Assembly (NCBI GenBank): GCA_051313645.2
Contig: JBNRSN020000016.1
Span: 89,280,001 to 89,344,000 of the forward strand
Length of the DNA stretch: 64,000 bases
Direction: 5' to 3'
Source of the DNA: Centroscyllium fabricii
Taxonomy: Eukaryota
Shown: piece after piece, positions 35,812 through 50,420 of the stretch
How the letters are laid out: every line of letters starts with the position of its first letter
How positions within the stretch are numbered: the first letter of the stretch is position 1
The notes under the pieces: generated by a model
Told to the model about the DNA's origin: nothing
Database searches by the model: none
Seen by the model: only the letters and a program-made list of their open reading frames with translations
Position numbers and translations under genes: made by a program

Positions 35812-37382
35812 CTGTAATGACGAAATCAGATGGAATAAAGTTAGGTCATGCAACTATAGACACATTGGATACCAATGAAGACGTTGCTATACGTGATCTA
35901 TTCAAAATACATTCTTTGGTAAAGAAAAATGCATGCACTTTGAGGCGATGAGCGTCAATTGTACTGCATTGGGCCAAGACTGCTGCATCCAATTTCTCTG
36001 CGATTACTCATATTATATCTGACATCACTAACTCTACGAATAAACGTTCTTATCAGACAGGGATAAAATATCCTTTACTTGTCAGTCTGATTGCTCATCA
36101 GAGAGAAGCCACTGAAGGTTATTATTCCTCTCATATTACAGGGGCGATCCCAAGAGAAATAGTTTGTCAGAAGAAATCGGCACACATTTATAGTGCTCAA
36201 TGGCTCCTTAAATTAGGTACCAAGCAGAAGTGCATTTAATTTTTTGCAGGTCTTTTTTTTCTCCACACATTTAGTTAGCCCATTTTCTACAAGTGATCAA
36301 TTAATCGTCAGGATGATACACGCATCGAATTTTATTAACTGTGTGTAAGAATTAATTGTTGCACAAATCACATACACACAATTTAAGCACACTGTAGTAT
36401 TTCCCACGAATATAAATTGCTCTTTGATTATTCTGGAATAAGGTCAATTTTCTGTACTTTTGGCTCTCCAATATCACGCATTAATTACACTTTCTATCAT
36501 TTATCTTCCTATTCCCCAACCCCCCATCCCCTCAGCTACACACACAGCATTACCGCTGGATATCTTTACTGTGTAGAATGCTGCAATATGCAGATATCTC
36601 GGCAGGCTTCTTGGCCAACCCATGAATACATACACTGAGGCTGACAAAACCACCCTAAGGGAGAGGCCAGATTGCTAATGCTGGCCAAGCTGGTAGCCAA
36701 TCTCAGGATCCCCATCCAAACCAGAATTTTATATTAGCAAATACTAGAGATCTTCCTTGTATTTTTTTAAACTTCCCAGACAAACTATTTGCTTATGTAG
36801 TCAACTCAAGAAAGGGATAAAAATATAATGTACAGTGGATGAGATTCTAAGGAGTGCAGTGAGACACTATGGTGTGCAGGAGTCCTTTGATGGTTTTGGG
36901 TTTCTTTAGCTATATGTGTACAAATAAACCACAATAAATTCTGGGTCACAGACATTTTGTTGTGTATTGCCAAGCAATTATTATCATATATCTATATCCC
37001 TTCTTCATGCATTATCCAACTTGTACAAAACATAAATGTACTGAAGTATTACTGACCATAATACAAACTAATAAAATATATACAGTTCTGAAATAAATAT
37101 GGAGTGCATAGTTTTAATTTCTCAGGCTCTAAAGTCAATTAAGGGAATTCACATTTATAGCTATTGTTTTAGTTAAATATATGCACAGGTAGAATTGCAT
37201 TGTTTATATGAGTAGAATTGCATTGTGTTTTTAACAAAGCAAAACTATTTTTGACCTTAAATCAGGTAAAACAGTGTACACAACCAATTTGTTCTCACCT
37301 TCCTCCTTACATATTTAAAGCTGAACAGTATCACTAAATATTGCTCTGCTCCCAGTTCAGTTTAATATCTAAACTACTGTAA

Positions 37383-37749
37383 GTTGCCTTACAGCACTAG
37401 AGACCCGGGTTCAAATCCAACCTCGGGTACTATCTGTGTGGAGTTTGCACATTCTCCCCGTGTCTGCGTGGTTTCCTCCGGGTGCTCCAGTTTCCTCCCA
37501 CAATCCAAAGATGTGCGGGTTAGGTTGATTGGCCATGATAAATTGACCCTTAGTGTCAGGGGGATTGAATATGTGGGGTTACGGGGATAGGGTGGGATAT
37601 GTGGCAGTGCAGACACGATAGGGATCGAGGGATATGGGGACGGGGCAGGGACAGGGTACTGGGTTTGGATGATCAGCCATGATCTCATTGAATGGCGGAG
37701 CAGGCTCGAAGGGCCGAATGGCCTACTCCTGCTCCTATCTTCTATGTTT
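37383..37749 (+). mobile_element. HE1-type V-SINE (5' clipped) in SALL1 intron 2
   Basis: B box GGTTCAAATCC; V domain GGAGTTTGCACATTCTCCCCGTGTCTGCGTGG; CR1-type tail. Confidence 0.9.
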
Positions 37750-37795
37750 ACTTGCACTAATTCAACATATTAGGGAACATAATGTAGGAAAATAC

Positions 37796-40700
37796 CTTCA
37801 GATTGCCTTTGGTGGTAAAAGCTCTTCCGCATATAGTACAAGCAAATGGTTTTTCTCCAGTATGTGTTCTCTCATGTATCTGCAGAGCGCTGGATGAGGA
37901 GAATGTTTTCCCACATGCTGTGCAATAATGCTGTTTTGGAGTTCTTCTTTGCGGTACTGGCAGGACAGGCGAGATAGCAGATACAGACAGAGGCCCCGAT
38001 GAAATAAGGCTAGCAGGTGGATCTTTACAGTCCTGGGAGCACCCATGCATGAAACCATTAACCTCAGTTTTGATTAAGGATGTCAAACTGTTGGCAGCCA
38101 CATTTGAAGAGCTCTGATTAGGACCTACATTAGAGTTGTTGGGTTGAAACAGCTGAGATGGAAGGTCCCGCATCTGATGTGTCAACATGTGTTGCTTCAA
38201 ATTACCCTTAGTGGAAAAGCCACGATTGCATGCTGTGCAAATATACGGACGCTCTTTGGTATGGCTTCTGTAATGAATGTCCAAGGCACTCTGACAAGCA
38301 AATGCTTTGCCACAGATATCACAAGATGTATTCCTTAACTTACCCCGATCTCGACCAGGAAACAGCATGCTTAAAGTATCATCTTTAATTATTCGTTCTG
38401 CATTACTGGAAGTCAGGTCCAAGGCACCGCCATTGGTAGTTGCTGGAGACGCTGAATTTGATAAATCTGATAGTAAAGTTCTGTGCTGTCTCTCATCACA
38501 GCCTGGTGACTTTGACCTACGACTATCTGTGTTGCTGTTGGTTGGGGATGGAGCCTGCATGGAAGAGGTAGATTCTGAAATGGCAGGACTTCCAGCACTT
38601 TGGCTCTCCATATCCCCAATCACTGAAAAAGAGTCACTAGTCATTTGGTCTCCATCAGCTGATCCATTCTCACCTGACCTGAGGCTTGCTTGGAGTTGCT
38701 CAACAAGACCAGCATTAATCATTTTCATTTGATTCTCAAGAGCTGCAATACTGGACATTTCCAATGGCAATGGAGATGGAGATAAACTGCCTTGAGACAC
38801 CTCTGCAGATTTGGGTGTGTCTGGTACACTACTATCAGGACAATCTTCCATATTCTCATCTGAGTAGTCATCTATATCATCAAAATTTTTGTCTTCAAAT
38901 GAAGCTGTGTCAGATTCCATAGATTCAGGATAGTTGTCAGCAACAGGAGTATTAGGAATCTGGCCTCCCATATGCATTCTAATGTGCTGCTGCAATACAA
39001 CAGCATTTGTGAATTTCTTCTGGCAGATCGGACAAGAATGTTGAACTCTCAGTGGTGGCATGGCACGATGAACACCATAATGGGTCTTCAGGTTTCCCTT
39101 AGTGGTGAATGCGCGACCACAGACTTTACATTTGAAGGGCCTCTCACCAGTATGTGTACGATAATGCATCTTCAGTGCACTATGGCAACTAAGAACTCGA
39201 TGGCAAATGACACATTGGTTGGGGTCCGTCATCTTCCTGTCAATATTTTCTACTAGCTGCTGCAATTTTGAAGTTTCTGATGCCTGTAAAGAATCTAAGA
39301 GACCTCCAAATGGAAACTTTGACTTAAACTGGTCTGACATAAGTGGTATAAGTGGGCTTGTAAAAGCAGAAGTAGTACTTAGACCTGAATCCGATGCACT
39401 CGAGCTGACAGGGACAGCCAAGCTGGTGACAGAATTAATAGATTGTGTGTTTTCATCTAGTTTACCATTTGAGGTAGGTGAAGCACTTTCTTCCACTTCG
39501 TCCAAATCATTAGCATTTTTCATGGAGGGCTCTGTTGCTCCCAAGTCACTCTTAACTGAGCCAGGAGGGCTGCAAGAAGACTGATTAACTGAGATAGACT
39601 GACACTCTTCTGATTTGATAATAGCAGACAAACCTGATATAGTTGATGGGAGTGGCAGGCCCACAGATGTGGTCAATGTAGGTAATACAGGCTTACTATC
39701 CAGCCAACTTGTTATAGGTTTTTCAGGTGGTATAGACATTCCATATGGAATACCTGTATTTGTTGGAACGTTGTCTAAATGTTCTGGAACTGGATAGGGG
39801 TTCATATGAATATGGGGATATTTCTCTCTGTGCCTCTGAAAGTGAACCTTCAAATTTCCTTTCGTGGAGAATCTGTTACCACAAATGTTACATTTATATG
39901 GTCTCTCACCAGTATGAGAGCGCAAATGAATCTGCAAGGCACTGTCACTTCCAAACACTTTAGCACAGAACCTGCACTTGTGTTTAAAGAAAGCCTCATC
40001 AGAGCTGCTTTTAGTCTCAAATACTACCACATTTGGTGGCTTGCCTTTCCTTTGATTTGCCAGAGCTGACATTGAGCCATGGTTTCCTGAAGTTGTTTCA
40101 ATGCTTGAGAGAGGGTTGGAAAACACAGAAGTGGATGTGGAGGACTGAGGTAGCAGTGAGCTGGACAAAACAGATGCAGGACTTAGTAAACTGCTAATTC
40201 CAAGAGCTGGTGTGGACACTGTAGATACTGAAGGACTGATCAACTGAGAACCATTGATGGTACTTGTAGATACACTTTCAGAGGGCTGTATGGTACTAGG
40301 CAATGAGGATGTGTTTACTTTTGGAGAACTACTGCCAGGCTGAGCTATGGTGTTTCCAGGGTTGCTCTGAGGTAGATGAAATTGCTTTCCACCATTTATG
40401 CTGGCAGAGTGGCTGGCAAGGCTCTGTGCTAGCCCAGCTGCAGCAGCAAGCTGCTGAGATAGATGTGAACTAAGTGTAGTTAATGGATTAACAACAGTTC
40501 CTAAAGTACCTTGGGAAGAGTTGACTGGTGGTGGAATTTCTGCATTTTGGGAAGCCAATAAGATTATCTGGTGACGGATTTGTTCAATAAGCTGTAACTG
40601 ATGGATCTGTTGTTGTTGCAAAGCCAGTAGTTGTTCCATAAGTGCAGGAACAGCAACTTTACTGTTTGATGCACTATTAGATCTTGTTTCCTGGGAGAAC

Positions 40701-41214
40701 TGGGCTACTGCCACTTTAGTACTTTGAAGATTTTCAATGATCACATTACTGTTTAACATTGAGAAATTTCCCAGAGCTGTTAGATCACCTATATGAGGTA
40801 GAGGTGTTGTGACAGCTGAGGTACCCATTGTGAGATAATTACTGCTTGTATTACTATTGTTATTACTGTTAGAACTGCTAACGTTACTGTTGCTAGTGAT
40901 GCTGGAAGTGTCCACCTCCATGGATTCTTCCTGGTCAAGTTTTTTATGCTCTACAAGGTCACTGCAGTCTGCTTGACTTGTGTTATTAATGTTGTCATTT
41001 GCTTCTTCAACGGGGTTATCAGGAGATCTTGGAGAGGAGGTTTCAGAAGGAGCTGTTGAATTTTCATTTACAATCAGAACCAATTGTTTCTTAGTGCAAT
41101 TTTTTTTGTGATGAAGGAAATCGGGCAGTTCAAAGAACTCAGCACAACATCGGCCACAGACATGAGCATCTCCATTCTTAGTGACTCGTTCTTCTTGCCC
41201 TTCTTGTGAAGCTC
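37796..41214 (-). CDS. SALL1: SALL1 exon 2 (C2HC finger, Gln-rich region, C2H2 clusters with SAL boxes)
   Basis: Open 3419-nt exon, TAG acceptor and GT donor, phase 1 to 0; [30 protein letters not shown]; FS/TTKGNLK boxes; these match my recollection of SALL1 rather than SALL3. Confidence 0.95.
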
Positions 41215-42713
41215 CTAGAAAATCAAAGGGACACGAGATTAGTCAACAAGCAGACACAGAATCCCTCACCAAATATGGGACATGAACTACATGAAAGGAA
41301 TAGGGAGGGTGGAAAAAAGATCAATGTTTGAACAGCATAGATCTTACTTAGAATGGAAATCTGTAAAGCTTGCATTTGGATTCCATCATTCACTAAATCT
41401 AAGTGAATCATGTACCTCAGACAAGCCATCAAAATATAAAATTCTCCAAATTAAAGACATTGGAGCTTAATGAAATTCCATAGAAAGTATTGATTTCCAA
41501 TATTTCATACACATCATCATCTCCTTGTCCACTGGGTGCAAATCAAACATTTGAGGACTCGTTAGACTCTCCAACAACTGTCAACTTTCTTCATTTCTGG
41601 CAGAATAAGAGAGGTCTTTGACAGTTCTCGCCCTGTCACTAAACCCATTTGTAATCATTCAGATCCCAATCACTATGTGACAGGAGAAACAGAGACCATG
41701 TCACCTGGCTGCAGACAAGAGATGCTGAGATGTAATATCTAACTGTATCATGGATACTCCTGAATCTTCCAGGTCTCAAGGCACCATGGTTTAAAGTCAC
41801 AACCTACAGATATTCTAAAATAATTTTGTTATATCAACAGATGACTTAATGTAAAGTAATGCACAAAATATGCTCATCATTATGCTTTCAATATATACCA
41901 AAATATGCACTGCACTTAACTCCTTAAAAAGACAATTAAAAAAAAAGATTGTTTGCATGTTCTAAATATTGCATAACATCCTTTAAAGCTTTATCATTTC
42001 TCCAGGATGCTCTGCCGATGCTATTTTGATAAGCAATGTCAGAGGATCTCTTAAATTTCAAAATTGTTAACCTATTGTCTAACTTTCATCGTTATGGTTT
42101 TATATGGCAGCATATACTGAAGGATATTTGGAAGGCTAAAAGGTCATATATTTCTACTGCTGTGTTTACATTGGTAGCCAAACGAGTTTGGTGGGCACTC
42201 TGGGTACCCATCTGAAAAACTACAATATTTACACTGCTGTGGACCTCTGACCTTTTAAATCCAGCAACACAGGTGCAGAGAAGGGACACCAGCATTGCAA
42301 CTAGTTCACCACACTGGTGTCCTTTATTGCCTGGAGACATGCAAAGAGATCAAACACTCTCTCTACAACCAAACAAAGGCTTGTATATGTACTCTCATAG
42401 AACAGTTATAAAACTGGTACAATGCCCATAGTCGAGAAACGGTTTTCATATTGCTATTCAGGGAGAAATATTTACGACTAGGTTTACTCCAAAGCAGCCC
42501 ATATTGCAGTTAAGTTTCATGCTATAAAATGGATATAGTTGCATTGTGTATTAAGATCAATTTACTTTTATCATGCAGAACATTTAGGAATTCTTGTTGA
42601 TATGCCGTAAATGAAATGTTTTCCCAATAAGGGTTAAACATTTCTTTGAAATATATTTAGTCAGATAAGCTAGTGTAATCAAACTTATTGTACATCTTTT
42701 TACAATTTGATAA

Positions 42714-42813
42714 GAAGAAAGAATTTGTATTTATATAGTTCCTCTAGTGACCTCAGGATGCCCCAAATCGCTAATGAAGTAATTTTGAAGTGTAGTCATT
42801 GTTGTAATGTAAT
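42714..42813 (-). mobile_element. Old Deu-SINE/L2-type 3' tail fragment in SALL1 intron 1
   Basis: Similar to 62862-63020 (GAAAGRAYTTGYATTTATATAG..TTTGAAGTGTAGTCA). Confidence 0.5.
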
Positions 42814-45800
42814 GATACTACAAAACTGTTTCAAAGTAGTTTTCAATAAGTATCCAAAGAGTAATTGACTAACAATTCCAAGGATACTCATTGAATATAT
42901 TTTTTAAATGTAGTGAAGAACATTAGAGCATTAGTATGTGATGCTATGAGTGGTGGGATACAGGATCAATTCACCATGTATTGCCGATATCAGCCAGTTC
43001 ACTAAGTAAATGCCAAGCCAAGATCAAGAAAGCGGTACCACCTAATGACTAGTTCAGAGCAGTACTGAAGCACCAGCAACAAATTGCTCACTTGCTTGGC
43101 CACATGACTGGAAGAAGGGAAAGTGCCCTCCAATCCCAGTATTATACTCACAAAGATGAGTGATGTAGAATGGTACACTTTTCCTCTTTTGCACTTGATG
43201 CGGGCACTATGCACTCAGATATAAAGTAAATCACGCTTTCTTTCCTCACACTGAATGAAGTGTACCTCTGTGCTAGGTACAACAAAATCTTACACATTTA
43301 CAAGAGCTAGTTTATAACTTTGATATGCCCAGCAGGAAGGAAAGCTCCCACCATTGTCTTAATCTCCCAATCTCAGAAAAGCACCCTACTGTACCAATGT
43401 GAGTTTTCTATTTCCCAATGCCAGTTATCTTTATGGCTTCTTATTTAGTGCCAATTTGTGGGCAAGTGGTTCATGCCCACTGGGCTATAGCTGAAAAAAA
43501 TAATTTGACACAAAACCATGCAACTATCAGAGTGGAATCTTCAATCTAGTCTGAAGTACAATATAGATGCCGGAGATGACAACTGTGCCAGCTGTCCCTT
43601 TACTCAATCTACTTCTGATAGTGCTTGGGCACCAGAGGACTGAAGAATTGACTGAGTTACTGATAATTATGTAAAATATAAATGTATACAGTGCATACAT
43701 ATGCACACACATACATTCATAGAAACACCACCAACAAAAAGCAATGCAACAAAAATGTACTGTATATTTTCAATTATATCCAATTTAAAACCTTTTAACT
43801 TTTGGAATTGCTTTATTAAATATCAAAGCAATTATGTATATGCTTCACTTACAAAAAAATGAAGGAATTCAAAACTGTAGGAAAATACGTTGCATAATAT
43901 AGGCTGTATACAAACAGTTATGGTATATAACTTAGAGATACCCAGAAATGAATGTCCTTAAAGATGACTGCTGAAGCAAAGACAATAGAAAAGGTTGCTC
44001 TATGTAAAGACTGACCTAATCTTGAGTATTAAATTGCTTAAACTGGTTCAAAGAGGCTTTGGCGGTTAATGGGTTATACAGTACTTCCCAGTGCCAGATT
44101 CTGGAATGATTTTTGACAAACAACATGTAGGCTGCACAGTTGGAAATATCTGTGTTAATTTGAAACATTTAGTTGCAAAATCTGATTTATTGATAAGCAA
44201 ATTGTCCCCATTCAGACCATTCACTGAAAGATCCCTTTACTTCCTTTTTCATTCGCACTGGTTGCTTGCATTTCTCATCACACTGAGGATTAATTTGCAA
44301 ATCAAACAAAAAATTTCAGCCCTCTAACCCACTTCATCCTTTTCAAGGACAGGATGGCTCCCTATTGTTTGCTCAGCATGAGGACAGCAACTTCTGTCTC
44401 ACAATGGTGTGTGGTCATCAGGGAAGGCCCAGAAAGCTGATCTTGTTTAATTCAGGGATTATCTCCCTGCATGTTTCCCTTTACTACAGAATTAGATAAT
44501 AGAAAGTTGCCATGACATCAGAATCCAAGTCCATAGCAAAGCACAGGAACAATTAATTCCAGATATTGGGGAGATCATCTGAAATAATGTGGTTCAATTG
44601 CCACACTGCTCAAGTGTCTCTGGGCTACATTCAGAACAATGGCCGTTAATGTCATCTCCTGCAGTACATTCAGTTTAATACCTACAAAGTTGTAATTCTG
44701 TGACCTGCTGAGCTCTACTTTTAAATGCAGTTTTAGAAGTTATTTACATATTGTTGCACACAGTCAAATCCAAAATGACTATAATTCTATGCATTTCATT
44801 TTCATTTAATTTACCAGAGCTGACAAGAAATGCACAATAATTATTCATCTGTAGTATTCTGAAAACAGATTATTAAAATATTAAGTTACTCATTATTCAT
44901 GTCAGCTTTAAAAACGAGCTTGTATGCAGAGGACTATAGGGAGAGTTTTTGGGAAGGAAATCAAAATACAATGGCTCCAAGGAACACCAAAGTAGCAAGT
45001 GAATGATTTATCTGGCATCTGGTTCATTTTTGAAGTTTTTAAGCACACGGAGCCATCTGCGCTTAAGGAAATGACATTTGAGATATGATGGATTTTACTA
45101 AATTACTTGGTTCATCTGTTGCATAAATTACACACGGAAGTTCAAGCTATAGTTCGCCTGGCCAAAAAATATTTGTGAAGGAATGAAAAATTTCACTTGG
45201 ATATATATATATGTCACGCTCATTATACGTATCATTTTTCAAAGAGAATTATGAGTAAATCTGAGAATTTAGCGGCAATTCTAATTAATTGCCAATACTT
45301 GGCACATTAAAAAGTTAGACCCCTTTGCCCACATGTTAGTAAGGCGCCCCACGTAGAGAAAAATACTTTTCAACTTGATCACATTTATCAAAACACAAAG
45401 GCACTCTAGAACCTGGTTTCGCTTGGTCAGCTGTGCTTAAACAAATAATTATCAATACAAACTAAATAACTACTGTGGGAAATCACAAGACCCACTTCAT
45501 CAGTTTTGTAACTCAGCATGAAAAAAATCTGAAGTGCAGACACACAAGTTTAGTGTGGTCTGAATATATTAGTTAGTAATACTATTCAATACTGGAATGT
45601 TAATTCTAGTGGAAACCTATCTAATTGCATTTTTTAAACACAGAGCAAAAATAAAACACGAACCAATGAATCATACCTGCTATTAAAGTCACAATGTCAG
45701 AGCACAGTGTACTGTCCTAATCAACAAGATAAAGCCTTTAATTATTTTGCTTCTGGCCTTTCACTTTTTATAGATTAAAACAAAATGGGAACACAAATTG

Positions 45801-48800
45801 AATTACAATTTACAAATAAAATATGGTCTCAGAAGAAACATTTAAGTAATTGTTCATCAAATAAAACATTTAAAAATCAGTGGCATGGTTTATTTTAAAC
45901 AATTTTGCTAGTTATCAATATTAACTAATATAAACATATCCATGTACATCTCCTTTATGAAATGTCGTGTTGTAACAAGTATTTATTAAATATTTACTAC
46001 TATTGGATGTTTGGAATGTTTGGTACTTTACACAACTCAAGAAGTAATGCCCTTTAAATAAATGAAAACTTCACAATCAATACTGAAAAGACACCATTGT
46101 GTGTTTTACTGTGTTGCAAATATATTGGCTATGGGAATCAAACTATTTTTCAACCCACTATTCAATAAATCTATACATTTATAGAACTATCTGAATTGTA
46201 AAATTTGGTAAGAAATGATTAAACATAAAGTTGATGACAGTTCAAAAGGTGTTAGAAGACAAGACACAATCCAATGAAAAGCTAAACATTTAATGTAAAA
46301 TGATAGTTCTTCTAGTTACTTATTTTTGTTGTCATTTCTAACAAATGAGTTACTTCTTATTTTTATGTAAACTGCAAAGATTCCACCTGACACTATTCAA
46401 TTATATATTTGAAACTACACTTGAGACGTATGATAAAACTGCGGTGATTTGCTGGTTTATGAGCGAAGCTCAAGTATGAAATAATTCCAGCAAAACATGG
46501 GTGCATCAGAATGAACACTAGATGGGGTACCAGTTGCAACAGCTAAGTGGGAAAAAAAACTTCAGTACTACTGTCCTACTCTCACGTAAAGTATTTCTGC
46601 TTTAGGCTACATACAAGCGTTGGCTGCATAAACATTGGCAATGTGACAAGAAACTAAATCCCTGTTGTAGGTAAGGTAAAACTGTGCCGTGGGAACTACC
46701 CGTCAATCACCTCATCAGGGGTCTGGCATTTAAGGGGAAAGGGGGAAAGGGTTAGTGGTTCATGTAGTACTGATAAGGTTAAAGCTGAAATAAACTGCTG
46801 CGATCCTGCTAGGCTGGCTGTGGGACTGACTTCTGGGGTCAATTCAAAGGTACTGAAGTACATCTTATGTTATGAACTCTTGTCACCTTAGGATGGAGGG
46901 AGGCCGGCAAAGGTTAAAACAGCAGAACACGAGAGCACTTCGCCCCTCCCGCTATTAAGAATGCTACAGTATAAGTACAGAAAGTGCCACAAGTACCTTT
47001 ACAACAAAGGGCCAGTAAAATCATTTAGCCAACTCTTCAAGTTCCCCACTAAGCTGTTTATCCAAGAATGCATAGAATATCCTATAGGCTCACCACTGTG
47101 CAGAGATACAACACTCGATTCATCAACAGTGCCCAGAACTGTACACTGCCAACTCCAAATGTCTTAAAAATAAGTGTACACTAACCAATCCCATTAAAAA
47201 TGTTCATTATATTTTTTGAAATCTTCCGTTTTGGTCGCGTTACTAAGAACAATGCATTCTTTTTGCAAACTGACTGAGTTGCCCCATGACAGTGCAAAAA
47301 GCTCACATTTATATTCATGTATCAATGAAGCCTATTGCATTACACATGCAATGCAAGATCAGTCCACACTGGAAAGAAGCTAAAAAGAAATTTGTGCAGT
47401 TGATGCAACAAGAGAACAAGCTACAAAAATGGACGAAGTCGTTTTGGTTTAATCCAAAGCTCGTCCGAAAAGTTCAAACCAAAATTAAAAAATATAAACC
47501 ATTAGGATAACTTACTGAAACAATAATAATAAACTTGATCTTTTAAAAAAATAGACGTCTTTCTTCAAATCACACTGGATCCAAATTATTGTTGCCTATG
47601 CAGCCCTTGAAGTGAAATTCTAGTAAAATCGCCTTCAGTTGTGCAACTCTACTATGAAGCAAGATATCGGGCCACTTTGGTCCCAGACCCAGTAATAATA
47701 AAGCTCGAGAAATGTTTCTAGTGTGTAATCCATTCTGGTTTAATGGCCAAGGTACCATAAATAAACAAACCAAAGCAACTTTTTTGATAAGACGTCTTAT
47801 TTTCAATCAGCATTACTCGAAAGATTTCGCGTTGACGCGCTTTCAACAATTATTTTTTTAAATCACAAATAATCGGGGCTGCTGGTCACGGACCGCTGAT
47901 GCAGTTCACATTTGCAAATACAGGGTGGTATTGGGCAACAACAAAAAATTCCTAAAACTAAATTATCCATAAAACCTCTTCATTTTTGATATCGGTAAAT
48001 TACAGCACTTACCACTTTAAAAGAATCTGAATTGCTTGAGAAGTTCCAGTACACTCCAGTACAAGACCTCAAAATACATTTTGTTTACACCTGTAAAACT
48101 CTATGAATCCACTGGAGCAAATCTATCCTTATTCAGCCTACATTCCACACGTCTAAAACAGTATAACTGACTTTCCACTACCTCAACGCTGAGTGCATAA
48201 AGGATATGTGAAGTTTCCACTTAACTCCTCAATTAATGACAAACTACAACAGACTAATATGAATTTGAAAGGTTTTAGGGAAAGTATTTACAGTCCCTGC
48301 AATACTAACTGGCTTTAAACAACGATAATTTGGTGGAAAAGCGAAGATACATACCTATGTTCAAGCAGTTTTGTTGTGATAGCAGTGTTTAATGAATAAC
48401 CCTGGTTGAGTGTTGTTGGGCTGGTTTAATAGTAAATCTCTGGCTGATCCAGGAGGCTGAGTGCGCTGTGTGCTCTATTCACAGATCAGGATGAGTCACA
48501 CACATCCGAACTGTCACGTCAGCTCCTGCAAATTCCCTAATAGTGCAATTTGTTGTTTTTTTGTAACAGGGTGAGCGATCGTGAGTTTGCATAGCGGACG
48601 GGAGTTAGCGTCCAAAAATCGTCCTAAAGTATCTGGAAACAAAGTCAAAGGTGCTTCCTAACCCCGGGGCTACGACATACAACCAGTCTCCTCCGAAACG
48701 ACGGGAATGGCAATAGCGAACAAAATCATTTTCTACTTATCTGATTTTTACAGCCCGGCCTTTTCTTTCTAGTGAAAAAACCAGATAATAAATATTTAGC

Positions 48801-49925
48801 AACTCAACTCTGTACAAAATATACAGTAACTTAATGCTCGTATTTCAAACAAATCTTCTAAAGCTTTACATTTCTCTGCAATATGAATTATCCTTCAAGA
48901 AGGATTGAGAAAATGAGGGTTTCAGAAGTTACTGCGTCAAATAATTATTTTCAGGATCGTCTGAACCTCAAGAATGGCTCGTACTCAAAAGAGATTCTGC
49001 ACTTAAGAAAAACACAACGCTGGGGCTTTGCAAACAGAATGTTGACAGACTAAACATTCATGTGTAGAAGTTTCTCGCAGAGACTACGACGGTTCTGTGA
49101 AAAATGCAGCAAACTACCCGATGTTCTGTAAAACACCAAAGAAACAACGGGGGTGTCACGTCCGCGTATATCTTTCAAAATGTTAATTGCCTGAAGTTTA
49201 CAGCAAATGGCCTTTATTTTTTGTTTAATCCTCGCTTCTTTTTTTAACCACTTTCTGGGGGAGTTCCTTCACTTTTTAATCCATAAAGTCACGCAGATTC
49301 GCGTGGTGGCTCTGCCTTGCATACCCACAGTACCCAGGCGAACTTTGTTTTACCCCTAAACGAGGTGTTCGGCTCCCAGTGACTGAAGTCATATTGGGAC
49401 ACACACAGCGCTGCCATCATTACAGTCAGGTTATTTTTAAACCTAGCCTACGGTTGCGGGCTCCTTTCCATCAAAACATTCAGCGTTATTTCAGCTGAAA
49501 TCCTGCCTTTTAAATCCACCAGCGAGCCTAGAGGGAGACTTTGGAAGACGTGAGACTTCGATTCCACATGTGCTGCGCTGGACCAGCCTCATTCCACGCT
49601 CTCGCAAAGGTACGAAATTAAACTTTCTTTTTTTTGTGGGGGGGGGGGGGGGGCGGGGGTTGAGGAGTGGGGGGGAGAGGGTAAGGAGAAAAGAAAATGC
49701 AACGGAAGGCTCAGTCACTTTAAGTGTTGTTTTTTTGCATCTCTGCTCATCTCTTTGCATATCAGTATGGTTGAGAGCACATCGTGACTTCTGTAGAATT
49801 AGCAGCCGAGCGGCCAAACAAGAGCCAACGTGTTAATTACTAAATCGTGTTAATTTCAAGCCTTCTAACTCCAGAAATCTCCCCCTTTTCAAACTTTGGA
49901 TCATTTTACTCGCAATCAGACTCAC

Positions 49926-49998
49926 CATTCTCTGCGGATAATGCTATATCCTGGTCCGACTTGATGTGTTGCGGCTTCGCCTGCTTCCGACGCGACAT
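49926..49998 (-). CDS. SALL1: SALL1 exon 1 with N-terminal NuRD-binding motif
   Basis: ACCACCATG Kozak; MSRRKQAKPQHIKSDQDIALSAEN-G; GTGAG donor; 73 nt, phase 1 matches exon 2. Confidence 0.95.
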
Positions 49999-50420
49999 GG
50001 TGGTTGATACATCAGCAAGCGAATAAAAAATTACAAATTCTGGAGTTGCAAAATTACGGAAATTGACCCTGCCGCCTTCAGTGCGCATGTGTGGGGGGTA
50101 TAATTATGATTATCAATAATGCATTGCGATTAATCATCCGCTTCTTGAAAGCCGATTGGCACGTTTCCAGGCGCGGCTTAAAGACTATTCAAATTACTCG
50201 ACTTAATCAATTAGCTTGTGATTTGCTGGCGCGCTCCGGCTCCGGCTCCGGCTCTCCGGGCTCTCGCCCAATCACTGGCTGCGCGTCAGTGTGTGAGCGC
50301 GGGGCCCCGGCCCCTGGATACCGTACTCCTTAGCAACACGCTCACAGCCACATTGCCACAGCACGCGCCTCGTTGCTAGGGCTAGTTTCAAGGCTGCTAG
50401 TCGTCCTCTCAATTTTATTT
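49999..50420 (-). promoter_or_regulatory. SALL1 5' UTR and CpG-rich promoter region
   Basis: CpG-dense, CCAAT/ATTGG boxes and GC-rich stretches just upstream of the start codon; TSS not determinable. Confidence 0.6.

Noticed and set aside
37757-37795. C-terminus [12 protein letters not shown] of the 1108-aa ORF
   Set aside because: Read-through into intron 2; the true frame continues in exon 3
38144-40069. Plus-strand ORFs overlapping SALL1 exon 2
   Set aside because: Antisense shadows of the coding sequence with no recognisable domains
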